Of a DNA stretch of 64,000 bases, positions 24,625 to 36,712 are shown piece after piece. The translations under genes were made by a program, and so were the position numbers. A model generated the notes under the pieces. The model worked only from the letters and a program-made list of their open reading frames with translations. It was not told the DNA's origin and ran no database searches. Every line of letters begins with the position of its first letter. Within the stretch, counting starts at the first letter, position 1. Source of the stretch: Macrostomum lignano (Eukaryota); NCBI GenBank assembly GCA_002269645.1, contig NIVC01001991.1:1-64000 (forward strand), in the 5' to 3' direction.

Positions 24625-24990
24625 ATGCCATCCACACTACCGCACAGTCTGTAGGTGGGGTGCCATCCACACTACCACACAGTCTGTAGGTGGGGTGCCA
24701 TCCACACAACCGCACAGTTTGTAGGTGGGGTGCCATCCACACAACCGCACAGTCTGTAGGTGGGGTGCCATCCACACTACCGCACAGTCTGTAGGTGGGG
24801 TGCCATCCACACAACCACACAGTCTGTAGGTGGGGTGCCATCCACACTACCGCACAGTCTGTAGGTGGGGTGCCATCCACACAACCGCAGTCTGTAGGTG
24901 GGGCGCCATCCACTCTACCACACAGTCTGTAGGTGGGATGCCATCCACACAACCGCACAGTCTGTATGTAGGTGGGGTGCCATCCACACT
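24625..24990. repeat. Minisatellite, 35-bp unit GTAGGTGGGGTGCCATCCACACAACCGCACAGTCT, ~10 copies
   Basis: Tandem unit just upstream of the ACL4-like acceptor. Confidence 0.95.
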
Positions 24991-26159
24991 AGCTACCACA
25001 TGGTCTGGGGAGGGCAAGAGAACTCAAATAGACTCCAGGAAATGCTATATATGCCTAAATAGGTAGAAAATTGCGTGACAGCCAGACCTAGTTTATTATA
25101 AAGATAAGATCTTAGCGATAGGGAAACGCTGCAGCAAAACCAGCGCGCCAGAGTGGGTTAGATAAGAGCATTGGGAACACAAAAGAAAGGCAATCGCTTG
25201 AGCAGACCGGGCCTTGGCAATGCCAGCATTGATTGAGCAAGCCTGCCAAGGTTCCCCATCGAATTAGCCGTTAAGTGAACAGGGAGGGGGATGGACGCTC
25301 AACTTTTTTGGCCGATGGGCCACTCTAGAATCAGTACGTAAGCAATTCTTGAGTCTGTATGGGCAAATCAGCTATGACGGTGCCAGCTGAGAAAGAGAAG
25401 AAGCAATCCAAGAGGAGAGAGGAGAGCAGGCGGGGGGGGACACTGCGATCCGATTCGATAAAAGGAGAGAGAGGACCGAAAGAACATACAGCAGCAGTTC
25501 GGCTGGAGAGCAGCAAGAGAAACCGGACACGAACCAAGAGAGCATCCCATCTCTCATAGCCTGGGAATCGAATCAGAAAAAAGAAGCAAAGTATAGTTGC
25601 TTTTAAAAGCAGTCCAAATTTGCAAAGAGGTAATTTGAACGCATATTTCCATTTCAATTTAGAATTATAGGCGCTGAAAGGTTTCTACAAAATGTACTTT
25701 CTCTGGGGCCTAATTGCAGTACAAGGCAAAAGCCTGTTCAGAAAAATTATCGATCGAGCTGCTCAGCTGCAAAGAGACTGAGAACACGCGGCAGTCTTCT
25801 GAAGCCTTTGGACTGTAGTGTGTCATTACATAGAGCTAAAGGTTTGCCTGTCTAACATGACCAGACATGGATATAACAAGGAATAATTCATGGCTCGCCC
25901 GTCGACTAGAAAGGAACAGCCTCTCGATTTGCATGTCGGAGCATGTCTTAGTATAAATAAAGACCACATTTGCAAGTTCAGCCGTAGCGCAGTTATTGAG
26001 AAGCTTGAAATGTTCCATTAGGCTTTGAAAATATGCCGCTCTGAGAGCTGCAAGACCTATCCGCTAATCAAATCCCTCACAGTGGAAGTCTCTTCTTAAA
26101 GGAAAGAAAACCCCGGGCAGACATTCTAAGCAACGCCTTTTTCTCACCCCAAGGTGAAA

Positions 26160-26933
26160 ATGTCTGCCTCTGGTCACAGGAAGTCAAAGAAGTTGGAGAC
26201 AAGCCAGCCAGATTGCAGACACGGATACTCTGTGGCATCAGGTAAGAAATAGCATGCATCAAGAGGATCGGATGTTGGTGGACTTTCAGAATCTTGAGAT
26301 TGTAGACTCCAGACGCAAGATGTTTTGAAACGATCCATCTATTGAAGTATAACAATCGGCCCATTTCCAGTCAGCAACTCTGGCGCGGCAGCCGAGGCAG
26401 AGCACAGGCGCGTCCTGATTGGCGTGGATCGCAGCGAGCACAGCGAACGAGCCGTCATATTCTACGCCGGGCACCTGCGCCAAGACAGGGACCTGGTGAT
26501 CTTCGTCAACGTGACCGATCCGCCAGAAGTGGCAGTGGGTTTCGGCACAATGGGAACCCTAGCCGCTGAGGTCTACGCCAGGTCTATTGACCAGACACTG
26601 TGCGAGGCCAGACAGCTGGCAACAGACGTGCGAGCCCTCTGCGACAGCCTCGGCATCGGGCGAATCAAATTTCTGGAACGAATCGCTCACGGACCCGGCC
26701 AGGCCATTGTCAAGATAGCTAAAGAAGAAAAAGTGGACTTCATCGTAATGGGCACGAGGGGCATGGGCGCAATTAAGCGCACCTTTGTCGGCTCAGTCAG
26801 CGACTACGTGCTGCACCATGCCCGCAAGCCGGTCATCATTGTGCCCCCGCCGCCGGCTGCGAAGCCGCCGCATTCAGGCGAGTCAGGAAGGAAACGGACG
26901 GACGGCGGTGGCAGCTCGTCGCGTCACGCTTGA
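26160..26933 (+). CDS. Universal stress protein A-like (USP domain), 214 aa; exons 26160-26241, 26371-26933
   Basis: Motifs RRVLIGVDRSEHSERA and GPGQAIVKIAKEEKVDFIVMGTRGMGAIKRTFVGSVSDYVLHHARKPVIIVP. The phase-1 intron G|GTAAGA...ttccag joins an upstream ATG in frame. Confidence 0.9.
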
Positions 26934-28234
26934 CCCAAAACCAGCCGAGATGAGAAATTTGACAGCTGGACTTTCTTCAAAATTCAAACAGTATCTAGCT
27001 TTCTGATCAAAGATGAGAGCTAAATAAGCAAGCGTTTGACATAGCCGTATTTGCTTAATGAAAATTATATTTGCTCTCAACAAAGCAGAATCTGTGGAAT
27101 GCAACGCGCAAGAGGCAGCCAGCCACTCTCGTGCTTCTGTGCATCGCATCGGCTCGCATAAATAAATAATCAATCTCGAGATGAAAATGAGCAGGAGCAT
27201 CAAGCATAGGGGAAGTCATCCGCATTGAATATATAGTCTCGTCGCCCTCTGGTACATTAATCCCTATTTTCCCTTTAGGCGACACGCTAATTTTTTTTAA
27301 TTACAGAAATTCTCGCCCAAACCAAGAGACGAGGCTGCAGGATGGCCCCGAATGGCGAATCATTGAAAAACTTCCTGGGATCCTTTTAGAACAGTCATTC
27401 GTTTGCGTCATTCCTTTTTGGTGCGCCACGCAAATTCAATCAGTTTAACAAGTGCACTTTAATAAAGCGTAACAGTTCGCACTGAGCTGACAAAAACTCG
27501 TTCATTTGATGATCGCTAGAGCTATAGCTGAATAGATTACTAGACTTCTTTATAAGCATTAGTTCAGATTCTATACGCGCGCCATTTTTATTGCTCAGGG
27601 ATTCTGGGACCATCATCTGCATCCTGCTCTCTCTCCAGCGCCCTTCTCTGCTTGCCTTGCCTCATCGGCGAACAAACGCTGGACGCCAGGCCGCAATCAA
27701 TTCGCAGGGATGGAGAAACAAACAATATTTCTGGCTCAGCCGGGCTCTCGTGTATAATAATACAGCTTAACCAGCCATGCCAAAGGCAAAGCAGACAAAA
27801 ATCAATTCATCAGGGCAGGCACACAGCGAGGCAATAAATAATTTTGAAACCGCCTGAGTACATATTATAGATAGCCATAACACAAATAAATGAACTGATA
27901 AAGGAACCTCAACATAAGTGCCTGTAAAAATTAATATTACGCTCTTTTTAAAGCAAAGTTCTACAGATAAATTTGAGACGCCTGTTAAATAAAAAGCTAG
28001 GAAAGTTGCTGATAAAAAAATCGCATTTAAACTAAATGCAAGTTATACAAATAGATCTGTGTATTTGCTCGACGGGGATTACATTATTTGAAAGTGGCGG
28101 ACATGATACACTCAATATGGCATGAAGAATTCGAGTACTTCTTAAAACGGTATTCAGGAACTAAAGTGATTTTGAGAGGCAGCTTAAACGAGAAAAAAAC
28201 ATAAAGACGGATATTGACTGAGATGAAGAAGACA

Positions 28235-28239
28235 TGGAT

Positions 28240-28274
<35 letters not shown>

Positions 28275-28281
28275 CAGATAT

Positions 28282-28313
<32 letters not shown>

Positions 28314-28320
28314 CAGATAT

Positions 28321-28376
<56 letters not shown>

Positions 28377-28383
28377 CAGATAT

Positions 28384-28441
<58 letters not shown>

Positions 28442-28592
28442 GACACAGATATGACAGACAGACACAGATATGACAGACAGGCAGACAGACAGACACAGAT
28501 ATGACAGACAGACAGACAGACAGACAGACACAGATATGACAGACAGACAGACAGACAGACACAGATATGCCAGACAGACAGACAGACAGACG

Positions 28593-28628
<36 letters not shown>

Positions 28629-28805
28629 TACACAGATATGACAGACAGACAGACAGACAGACACAGATATGACAGACAGACAGACAGACACAGATATGAC
28701 AGACAGACAGACAGACACAGATATGACAGACAGACAGACAGACACAGATATGACAGACAGACAGACAGACACAGATATGACAGACAGACAGACAGACACA
28801 GATAT

Positions 28806-28837
<32 letters not shown>

Positions 28838-28890
28838 CAGATATGACAGACAGACAGACAGACACAGACAGGCAGGCAGACAGACAGACT
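28235..28890. repeat. (CAGA)n microsatellite periodically interrupted by CACAGATATGA
   Basis: Directly visible. Confidence 0.95.
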
Positions 28891-29559
28891 GTGCCTACAT
28901 ATGATGGGATGAAGGTGAATTGTGAAGAAGCGATTAAGCAGTTTTGAGGGCCACCACAAGTTGTTGCCAAGCGAACAACAGCAGAAGTAAAAAAAAGCAC
29001 ACTGCGCAAGATGAAAGAAACAGCCCGGGGCGCTAAGACGTCAGCAGGAATATGAGCTAAACTGCAATACTAAATTTGGTATAGAAGAAAACTCTATCGA
29101 TATCAAACAAAGTTTAAAGTAGCCGTTCTCCAAAGCAATCAAGCAAACAAACAGTGCTGCTGAGGACTAGGAGAAGAGGGTAGCAAATAGAGGTCATCGG
29201 CTGATTATAGTCCCTAACAGGCAAGAAAATAAGGGATGAAGAGAAACACAGGAAGCTATGCGGCTAATCACAGAACTCTGTGAAACCTATAATAGCCGTA
29301 TAGGGTATGCGATAGGGAATAGGGCCAAGGCTGAACCAAAGCCTGACTGCGTGAGCGTGTGGTCGCGCGTGTGATAGATAAGGCCAGATAAGGCCAAGTA
29401 GTCGGGTCTGCTTACCGCAATTTGTAAGAAACGGGAAGCTTAAGGTCCACACGTTGTGAAAAAGCTAATATATTTAAAAACTATTCATTATTACATTTAT
29501 ATGGTCAATTAATAATAATCAAAACACAAACCCATCTGTTACTTGTAGAGAGGAGGGCG

Positions 29560-29822
29560 ATGATGGGGAATTAATAATCGGAAGGCGATGATGGGGAATT
29601 AATAATCAAAGGGTGATGATGGGAATTAATAATCGAAGGGCGATGATGGGGAATTAATAATCGGAGGGCGATGATGGGGAATTAATAATCGGAGGGCGAT
29701 GATGGGGAATTAATAATCGAAGGGCGATGATGGGGAATTAATAATCGGAGGGCGATGATGGGGAATTAATAATCGGAGGGCGATGATGGGGAATTAATAA
29801 TCGGAGGGCGATGATGGGGAAT
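29560..29822. repeat. Minisatellite, 28-bp unit GGGCGATGATGGGGAATTAATAATCGGA
   Basis: Directly visible, about 9 copies. Confidence 0.95.
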
Positions 29823-30066
29823 TAAAAAGCTAATCTCTATACAGTAGTACTAGGAAAACCTTAGCAACTCTGAATTTATTGTAACTACTTGGTAAGTAGT
29901 ATAAGGCGTATTGTTGAAAACTATTTTTTAAATACAAGGATTGAGCAATTAAAATGCCTCGTCATTAAGCGGATAGATTTCTGTCAGCTGTAAACCTCTT
30001 CAACTAATTAACTAATATTCCTATTCAGTGGCTGGGATGGGGGTGGGGGATTTGACCCTCAGCAGT

Positions 30067-31263
30067 CTAAAACAGCCTCAGATGCCCGGTCACCCGGTCA
30101 ATATCGGGCTCGGGGGCCGGCCCAATGCCCAGAGCCGTTGCGGTGCCAGGCGCCACTTCTGTGTGCCCAGCGTCGGCCACCGGAGCCACCGGCAGGCCCA
30201 GCCGCCTGGCCTCCGCCTCTAGTTGGCGCAATTCGTCGGCTGAATCGACACGCAACGAAATTTTCGGCTGGCCAAGCAGCTCCCATTGGCGTAGGGCCGA
30301 TCGGAGCTCGGGATAGCGGCCGGCGGCCCGGTAGCTGGAGACCGCGGCGTGGGCGGCCTGCGGGTTTACGTTACGGGAATTGCTAAGGGGATGTGATGAT
30401 GGAGACTGGGGAATTGCTAAGGGATGTGATGATGGAGACTGGGGAATTGCTAAGGGATGTGATGATGGAGACTGGGGAATTGCTAAGGGATGTGATGATG
30501 GAGACTGGGGAATTGCTAAGGGATGTGATGATGGAGACTGGGGAATTGCTAAGGGATGTGATGATGGAGACTGGGGAATTGCTAAGGGATGTGATGATGG
30601 AGACTGGGGAATTGCTAAGGGATGTGATGATGGAGACTGGGGAATTGCTAAGGGGATGTGATGATGGAGACTGGGGAATTGCTAAGGGATGTGATGATGG
30701 AGACTGGGGAATTGCTAAGGGGATGTGATGATGGAGACTGGGGAATTGCTAAGGGATGTGATGATGGAGACTGGGGAATTGCTAAAGGGATGTGATGATG
30801 GAGACTGGGGAATTGCTAAGGGGATGTGATGATGGAGACTGGGGAATTGCTAAGGGATGTGATGATGGAGACTGGGGAAAAGGAAATTCGACGAAGGGGA
30901 ATTGCTAAGGGAATGTTCTGATGGGGAATTGCTAAAGGTAATTAGATAGTGGGGGGGGGTAGGAAAAAAAGAATGTGACAATGGGGAAGTGACGCAATAT
31001 GAAGGGAGGAGCTCCGCACGAACCTGCGATGCAGCTTTACCGCGCGACATGCCAACATCGGCGCGCAGCACCAGCACCATTTTCACCCGGGTGCCGGTGG
31101 CCAGCCGCGTCAGGAGGCTGCCAAAGCCGCGGCCAGCTGAAGAGCTGCGCAGTAGCCAACCAACGGCGATGCCAACAGCCAGACAGCCGAGACAGCTGCT
31201 GCTAGCAAAGCTGACGATGCTGTCCTGACTGTTACTGGCACTGCCGCTTGTTAGATCGGGCAT
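30067..31263 (-). CDS. PTRH2: Peptidyl-tRNA hydrolase 2, 176 aa; exons 31024-31263, 30067-30357
   Basis: Motifs KMVLVLRADVGMSRGKAASQ|AAHAAV, WELLGQPKISLRV, DAGHTEVAPGTATALGIGP, IDRVTGHLRLF. N-terminal hydrophobic segment; phase-0 GT-AG intron. Confidence 0.92.
30375..30935. repeat. Intronic minisatellite, 33-bp unit GGGGAATTGCTAAGGGATGTGATGATGGAGACT
   Basis: Fills most of the PTRH2 intron. Confidence 0.95.
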
Positions 31264-34200
31264 TTACTGATCGCGTTTCTGAAGTGTAGGCATAATAGAG
31301 TTTATAGACTAATTATCCTACTCTTAGTAGGCAAGCATGCGTCAACAACAATTTAGTGCAATTTAAACTTCTTTTCAACGAGTAAAAAAGTAAAAAAGGA
31401 TATTAATCAATGTTAGCAAATAGAAAGAATCAATGACCAGAACTACAAAAAATAAGTACATAGACCTTTACTTACTAAGTTGTATATTGAATTTCTTGAA
31501 CTTTTTATAGGCCTATACCAAACTTATGTGATCACAATTATTCTATTATAGCTTGCCAAGTTATTTTCATTTTTCTACTTAACTTATACTACTATTTCGT
31601 TAATGGACTACTATTTTGTTATAACTAGGCAAATATATATTCATAACTGCTAATCAACTAAGCTAATATAAATTATGGGTCAGTTGCAAAATTAAAGACT
31701 TTTTAAATTAGTGTTCTGTCATCATGACAGTTATGGTTATGGCTAATGATAGGAATGGCACTTTTAAAGCCATATTTTTATTATGATTATAGTAATGAAG
31801 AAATTTTTTACTTACAGTTACAGTTATAAAAATATTATAATTTATTGTAATATATCAAACAAGTTACAAACTTAAAAAGATAAATTACAAAGCTACCAAG
31901 TTCATTGCGGATTCTTCCCAATTAGGATAGCCACTTGTTGACAATTTAAAATTAGGATTTAATAGTTTTGTTCAGCTTCATTTAATCATGTAATAAATTT
32001 ACACCAAAATGGGTCCTTTGATGGCAATATGAACAAACCTTTATAAAATGTGAGCAGCTAAACAAATATCTCTATCCCCTCCCTAAACATGAGCACAGAA
32101 GCTAGATAAAGATATCTAAACACATTGTCTGCCAGAAAGTCAAGTTTTTGTACTGTCCTAGCTAGATCTGCATAGAGTAAGCAAACAGAAAACAGACAGT
32201 CTTACATTTACGGCAATCTATAACATATGTGAGTTTTTTCTTTTGGTTTGATTACAAAAATAAAATTGTTAGCTTAGTTTGCTTTTATTTTTGCTATTTA
32301 GTGTTTTTTTATTTTTAGGCCATGTCTAATGACAAATATGCCATAGATGTTAGCTGCATTCACAATTTCACATACTTAGTTTTTTGAAGTTGATATTTGC
32401 AACACTGCTATAGTTTTGTGAAACTTTTGGTAAAACTGGTAAAATAAAAAAGCCAAAAGCAAAAGTTTTTATCAACTTTTTTTCAAAACATTTTTTTAAT
32501 ATAAAGAAGGTTTAAAAACTTGTAATCTTTTCTTTTTATTCAAAAAGTTATAATGTCATGTAACAACTTACAATAGAACTGAATTTACAAATCAAATCCT
32601 TGTTACTTAAAAGTGTCATAGTTACTTTTGCCATTTACCTTTTACTTTTTGCTTAAATTTGAAACATATTTGGATTTGAAAACTTGCTAAAATCCACAGT
32701 TGGTCTATCACTAGTTACAACTGTCTTTGCTTATGAAAAACTTAATTTGTTTATTTATTGTAATGCTTTTGACACTTTCTTTAGATTCAAAAAGCTCAAT
32801 ACAATAACATTTTAACCTTTTATTATTTTTACTTTTCCTTACACTTGCATTACTGCATCTAGCCATAGATTATTCAAATTTTAATTTTAAATGTTAAGTC
32901 AAATTTTCATTTCCCTAAAGAAATTTTGAAGTTTATTCTGACATTATAGATTTTCATTTTGATCATTTAGAATTTTCATTTTCATTTTTAATGTGTCAAA
33001 AAAAAGACAAATTCATAATACATTTTCTTAGGTACAAATGATAACTGGTATGTTTAGAATATAAAGCAGATAAAATTAAGCTAGGAGCCTATGCCTATAC
33101 TTTTCTTTGTTCATTTTGCAAGTTTTTTATGCAAAGTTCAAATTAAAAAAAACTAGGTGTTTACAAATTACAAGCTTAATTGGTTTATTAGTATTTGGGT
33201 GCATCTTTGGGCATAACTTTAGGGCCTATCAAAACTATGCATTAATACCAGATTCAATTGTCAAAAATTATAAATGTATATTGATATATGTTAATTAAGT
33301 GATTTATGCTATTTAGTATTTATATTTCTATAGTATAGATTTAAGTTAAAATAACTAAGTATTAAACAAATAAACTATTAAATAAGTTTGTATAAATTCA
33401 ACTTCAACTTATTTCAAATAGTTTTTTTCTCTGATTATGACAAGTCAAAGTTCATTTATTGTCAGTAACTGCAACTACTAATGCAAATTCAATTTCACCT
33501 GCAATGAGTTCAAGTAGTGCTAGCAATGCTATTCTTGCCCTTATTACATTAGCTTCAATACCTTTAACAATACTAAAAGTTCCAAAACCAAAGTGCCATA
33601 TATGCAATACAATTGTTTATTAGACACAAAGAATACTAATGCTACCAATAGTGGTATACAGTCTAATATCACTTGAAGACAAAACATGAAGCAGAGTATA
33701 GTGATATTGAAAGTCAAGCAATGGAAGAAAAGCAGCTAAAAATGCTAAGAAAGAAAATGATAGCAATGCAGTGACAATGCTACTTTAAGCTAAAAGGTTT
33801 CCTCTAAGTTAAGCTTTGTTTACACTTTGTTTTTTGCAAACTACATTGACTTCACCATTTTCCACCACTATCAGCCAAAGCAATGATAGCTATATCTTTA
33901 TTGACTATCAATAACTGCCAATGCCAATGACTAGTAGTACTTAGATCCAAGAGCTAAGGAATTGATTACTAACACTATTGACCACTAGCTATTGATTACT
34001 AGCTATTGACCATAAACTATATTCACTTATGGAATATATTGTTTCCATGTATTTTTGGAAAAGTGCTTTCTATATTACCAAGTCTCAAGTGTAAACCACA
34101 TGGCCTATGTTGCCATTTTAGCATAATACAAACAAGCTACTATATTAGGCCTAATGCCCACTAGAAAATTCTGGCATACAGGACACTTTCTTGACTTCTA

Positions 34201-34624
34201 TAGTTTGGAAGGCAACATGTATGCCAGGATTTCCCAGCATATAACAAGGGTCTTTCTATTTTTCAATATACATCCAGGTATATCCTAGTATATATAACAT
34301 AGTAGATACATTGTGTCAAATGACAATTTTTTGTATTGGCATTTTGTATTAAACTAAACTCTTACCATAAAAATATTGTCACTAGAGTCTAGAGAAACTA
34401 GTATGCATATGTGGCAGATGGGTTGCCACTTTATAATATTTAAAATTAATTCTATTATTTGCTTGTATATTTTTTAATTTTTTGCATGCTTAACTTGGAA
34501 CCTCTGTGTGACATCACTTCTTTCGTTGGCCCTAGGATGCTAGCCCAAGTGGTGGTATTTTCCCATTTTAGCACTTAGACTTTTTAATCCCCACTTTTGG
34601 CTTAACCCAATCATGCTTGGGTAT

Positions 34625-34780
34625 AACCTAGGGATTTACCCAGCCATTTCTATTGGCAACACACACATGTAAGTCCTATTCCTAGTCCTATCCTAAGTCC
34701 TGGATAGAATAGTAGTCATGTGACTACTCTCAGCCAATAGCAACTTACATGTATATTGCCAATAGAAATGGCCAAGTGAT
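34625..34780. mobile_element. ~155-bp palindromic MITE-like element, copy 1
   Basis: Arms CCAGCCATTTCTATTGGCAACAC..ACATGTAAG and CTTACATGTATATTGCCAATAGAAATGGCC are reverse complements. Confidence 0.55.
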
Positions 34781-35272
34781 TCCCAAGGTTGTGTATGTAT
34801 GAATTCAATGTATTTCTTCAATGTATTTCTGTGTAGTCCAACCACCTATCCATCTACTTATCTATCCTCTGTTTTATGCCAAACCAACCAAAGCCCAATG
34901 CATTAAAAATTAATGTTATTTTATTTAAATATTTCCTGCTCATACTGTTGTGTTTAACTTCCTTGCCTTTCTCTCTTGACTTCCCTCTTTTGTTTCTTTC
35001 TTTTTCTTCCCTACCCAATCTTTTGTTTGCTCACTTTGGTTGCCTCATTTAATCCTCTCTGACTTTTTTTGCTCACCAACTACTTAGCCTAATATTAAGA
35101 CCACACTGGGGCACTGTTGCAAATTATCTTCCATTGTCATATAAATATATCTAAATTCAAGTCCTGCTTGATTAATAAATAATAACCCACAATCAATACT
35201 TTGCATCCTATTTATTTCTTGATCAAAAGCCATATCTCTTTTGAGTTATTTGTCCATGGGACATACATGCGC

Positions 35273-35418
35273 AACCTTGGAAATCACCCAGCCATTTCTA
35301 TTGGCAACACATACATGTAAGTCACTATTGGCTAAGAGTAGTCACATGATTATTATTCCATTCAATAGCAACTTACATGTGTGTGCTTCCAATAGAAATG
35401 GCAGTGAATCCCAAGGTT
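35273..35418. mobile_element. ~146-bp palindromic MITE-like element, copy 2
   Basis: Same arms as 34625-34780; ends AACCTTGG...CCAAGGTT. Confidence 0.55.
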
Positions 35419-35917
35419 TCACCCAAGCATTCCATGGGACATAAAACAACCAAACTCTTATCTCAAAGAAGCTCTAAGACTGATTTGTTCTATAATATGA
35501 AAATTACAGTGGTGGCAGCTCTACCCTACTGATAGTATTCAACTCAGCAAATCAATACATTAATTTATGGAGTCAGAAACTCCAGTGCCTACCATCTGAA
35601 CAGCCATGTCACTAATGACCACTTGACTACAACAATACCTACTCTCTCCTCAGACTTGAGACCCCAGCAATCAGAGTAAAACAAAAAATTTTGTTGTGAT
35701 TCATCTGTGTAAATTTTTTGGATTTATTCATGCAAACTTAACACCAACAGAAATTCAAAGTTTTCAAACTGCCTAAACTACTGCCAACCCTGCCAGCTTG
35801 CAGAAAAAATTTTTTCCACCCCTACTTCATGTACTGCCTACTAGGCCTACATAGTATATAAAATTGGCAATCTTCCAGTTTGTTCCACAATATTGTTCTC
35901 AAGTTTGGAATTGTGCA

Positions 35918-36222
35918 TCAATGTAGTGAAACATCAGAAAACAATACCTACAGCCAAAAGGGATGTGAAATAGAATAGAATATGAGTAATAGTAACAGTT
36001 GGGTACAGAAAACAGAGGATCTGGTTACAGAGAATAATAATGCAATACCTAATATAGCACAGCGCATGAATTTGGACTTGTCAACTTCTACAGTTTGTTT
36101 AGCACCCCCAAACTCTATTGGGTAGTCTAGAAGATAGCTAGTGAAATCAGAATGTCTTTAACAGTGCCATTTCCTATCTCTTTTGGCCATAGATATCATT
36201 TTCTGATGTTTCACTACGTTGA
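35918..36222. mobile_element. ~305-bp MITE-like element with ~55-bp imperfect inverted arms
   Basis: Left arm TCAATGTAGTGAAACATCAGAAAACAATACC versus reverse complement of the right arm TCAACGTAGTGAAACATCAGAAAATGATATC. Confidence 0.5.
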
Positions 36223-36238
36223 CACACCATAGCAAAAC

Positions 36239-36712
36239 CCATAGTCTGGATCATGCTGGGTGCATGCCCGAACAAAAATTGAATAATTACAAATGCATGC
36301 TGAAAAAAAATTTAGTGCACGCCGATTAGGTTTTTTTTAAGTTGTGACAACAAAAGACGTTTTTTAAATTGCATAATAGACCCTTATTATTAAATAATTT
36401 TGTTGCTTTTAAAGCTTTTTTGGCAATACTATTTATAGCAAAAAGTTTATACACACAAAGATTTGTTTAAATACTCTTTTACAAGCTGGAAAAAACTGGA
36501 AAGCTTGAAATTTGCACCTAAAAATGAACTTTTTCATCTTTTTTTCTACTTTACAATAACACTTACGCATGATTCTATAAAGTGCACGCCAGGTGTGCAC
36601 ATATACTTTTTTCTCAAAAGTGATGCATGCCAACTGTGCACGCCTAATTTTGGCATGCAAGGCCAATGCACGCCTGAATTTTCGGACATATACTACATGA
36701 TCCGGAGTGTGG
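36239..36712. mobile_element. 474-bp non-autonomous DNA transposon with 17-bp TIRs and an 8-bp TSD
   Basis: TSD AGCAAAAC at 36231-36238 and 36713-36720. TIRs CCATAGTCTGGATCATG and rc CCACACTCCGGATCATG match at 14/17. Confidence 0.75.

Noticed and set aside
25359-25559. 66-aa basic ORF as first exon of the USP gene
   Set aside because: It ends in a stop with no compatible donor; a better in-frame first exon exists at 26160-26241.
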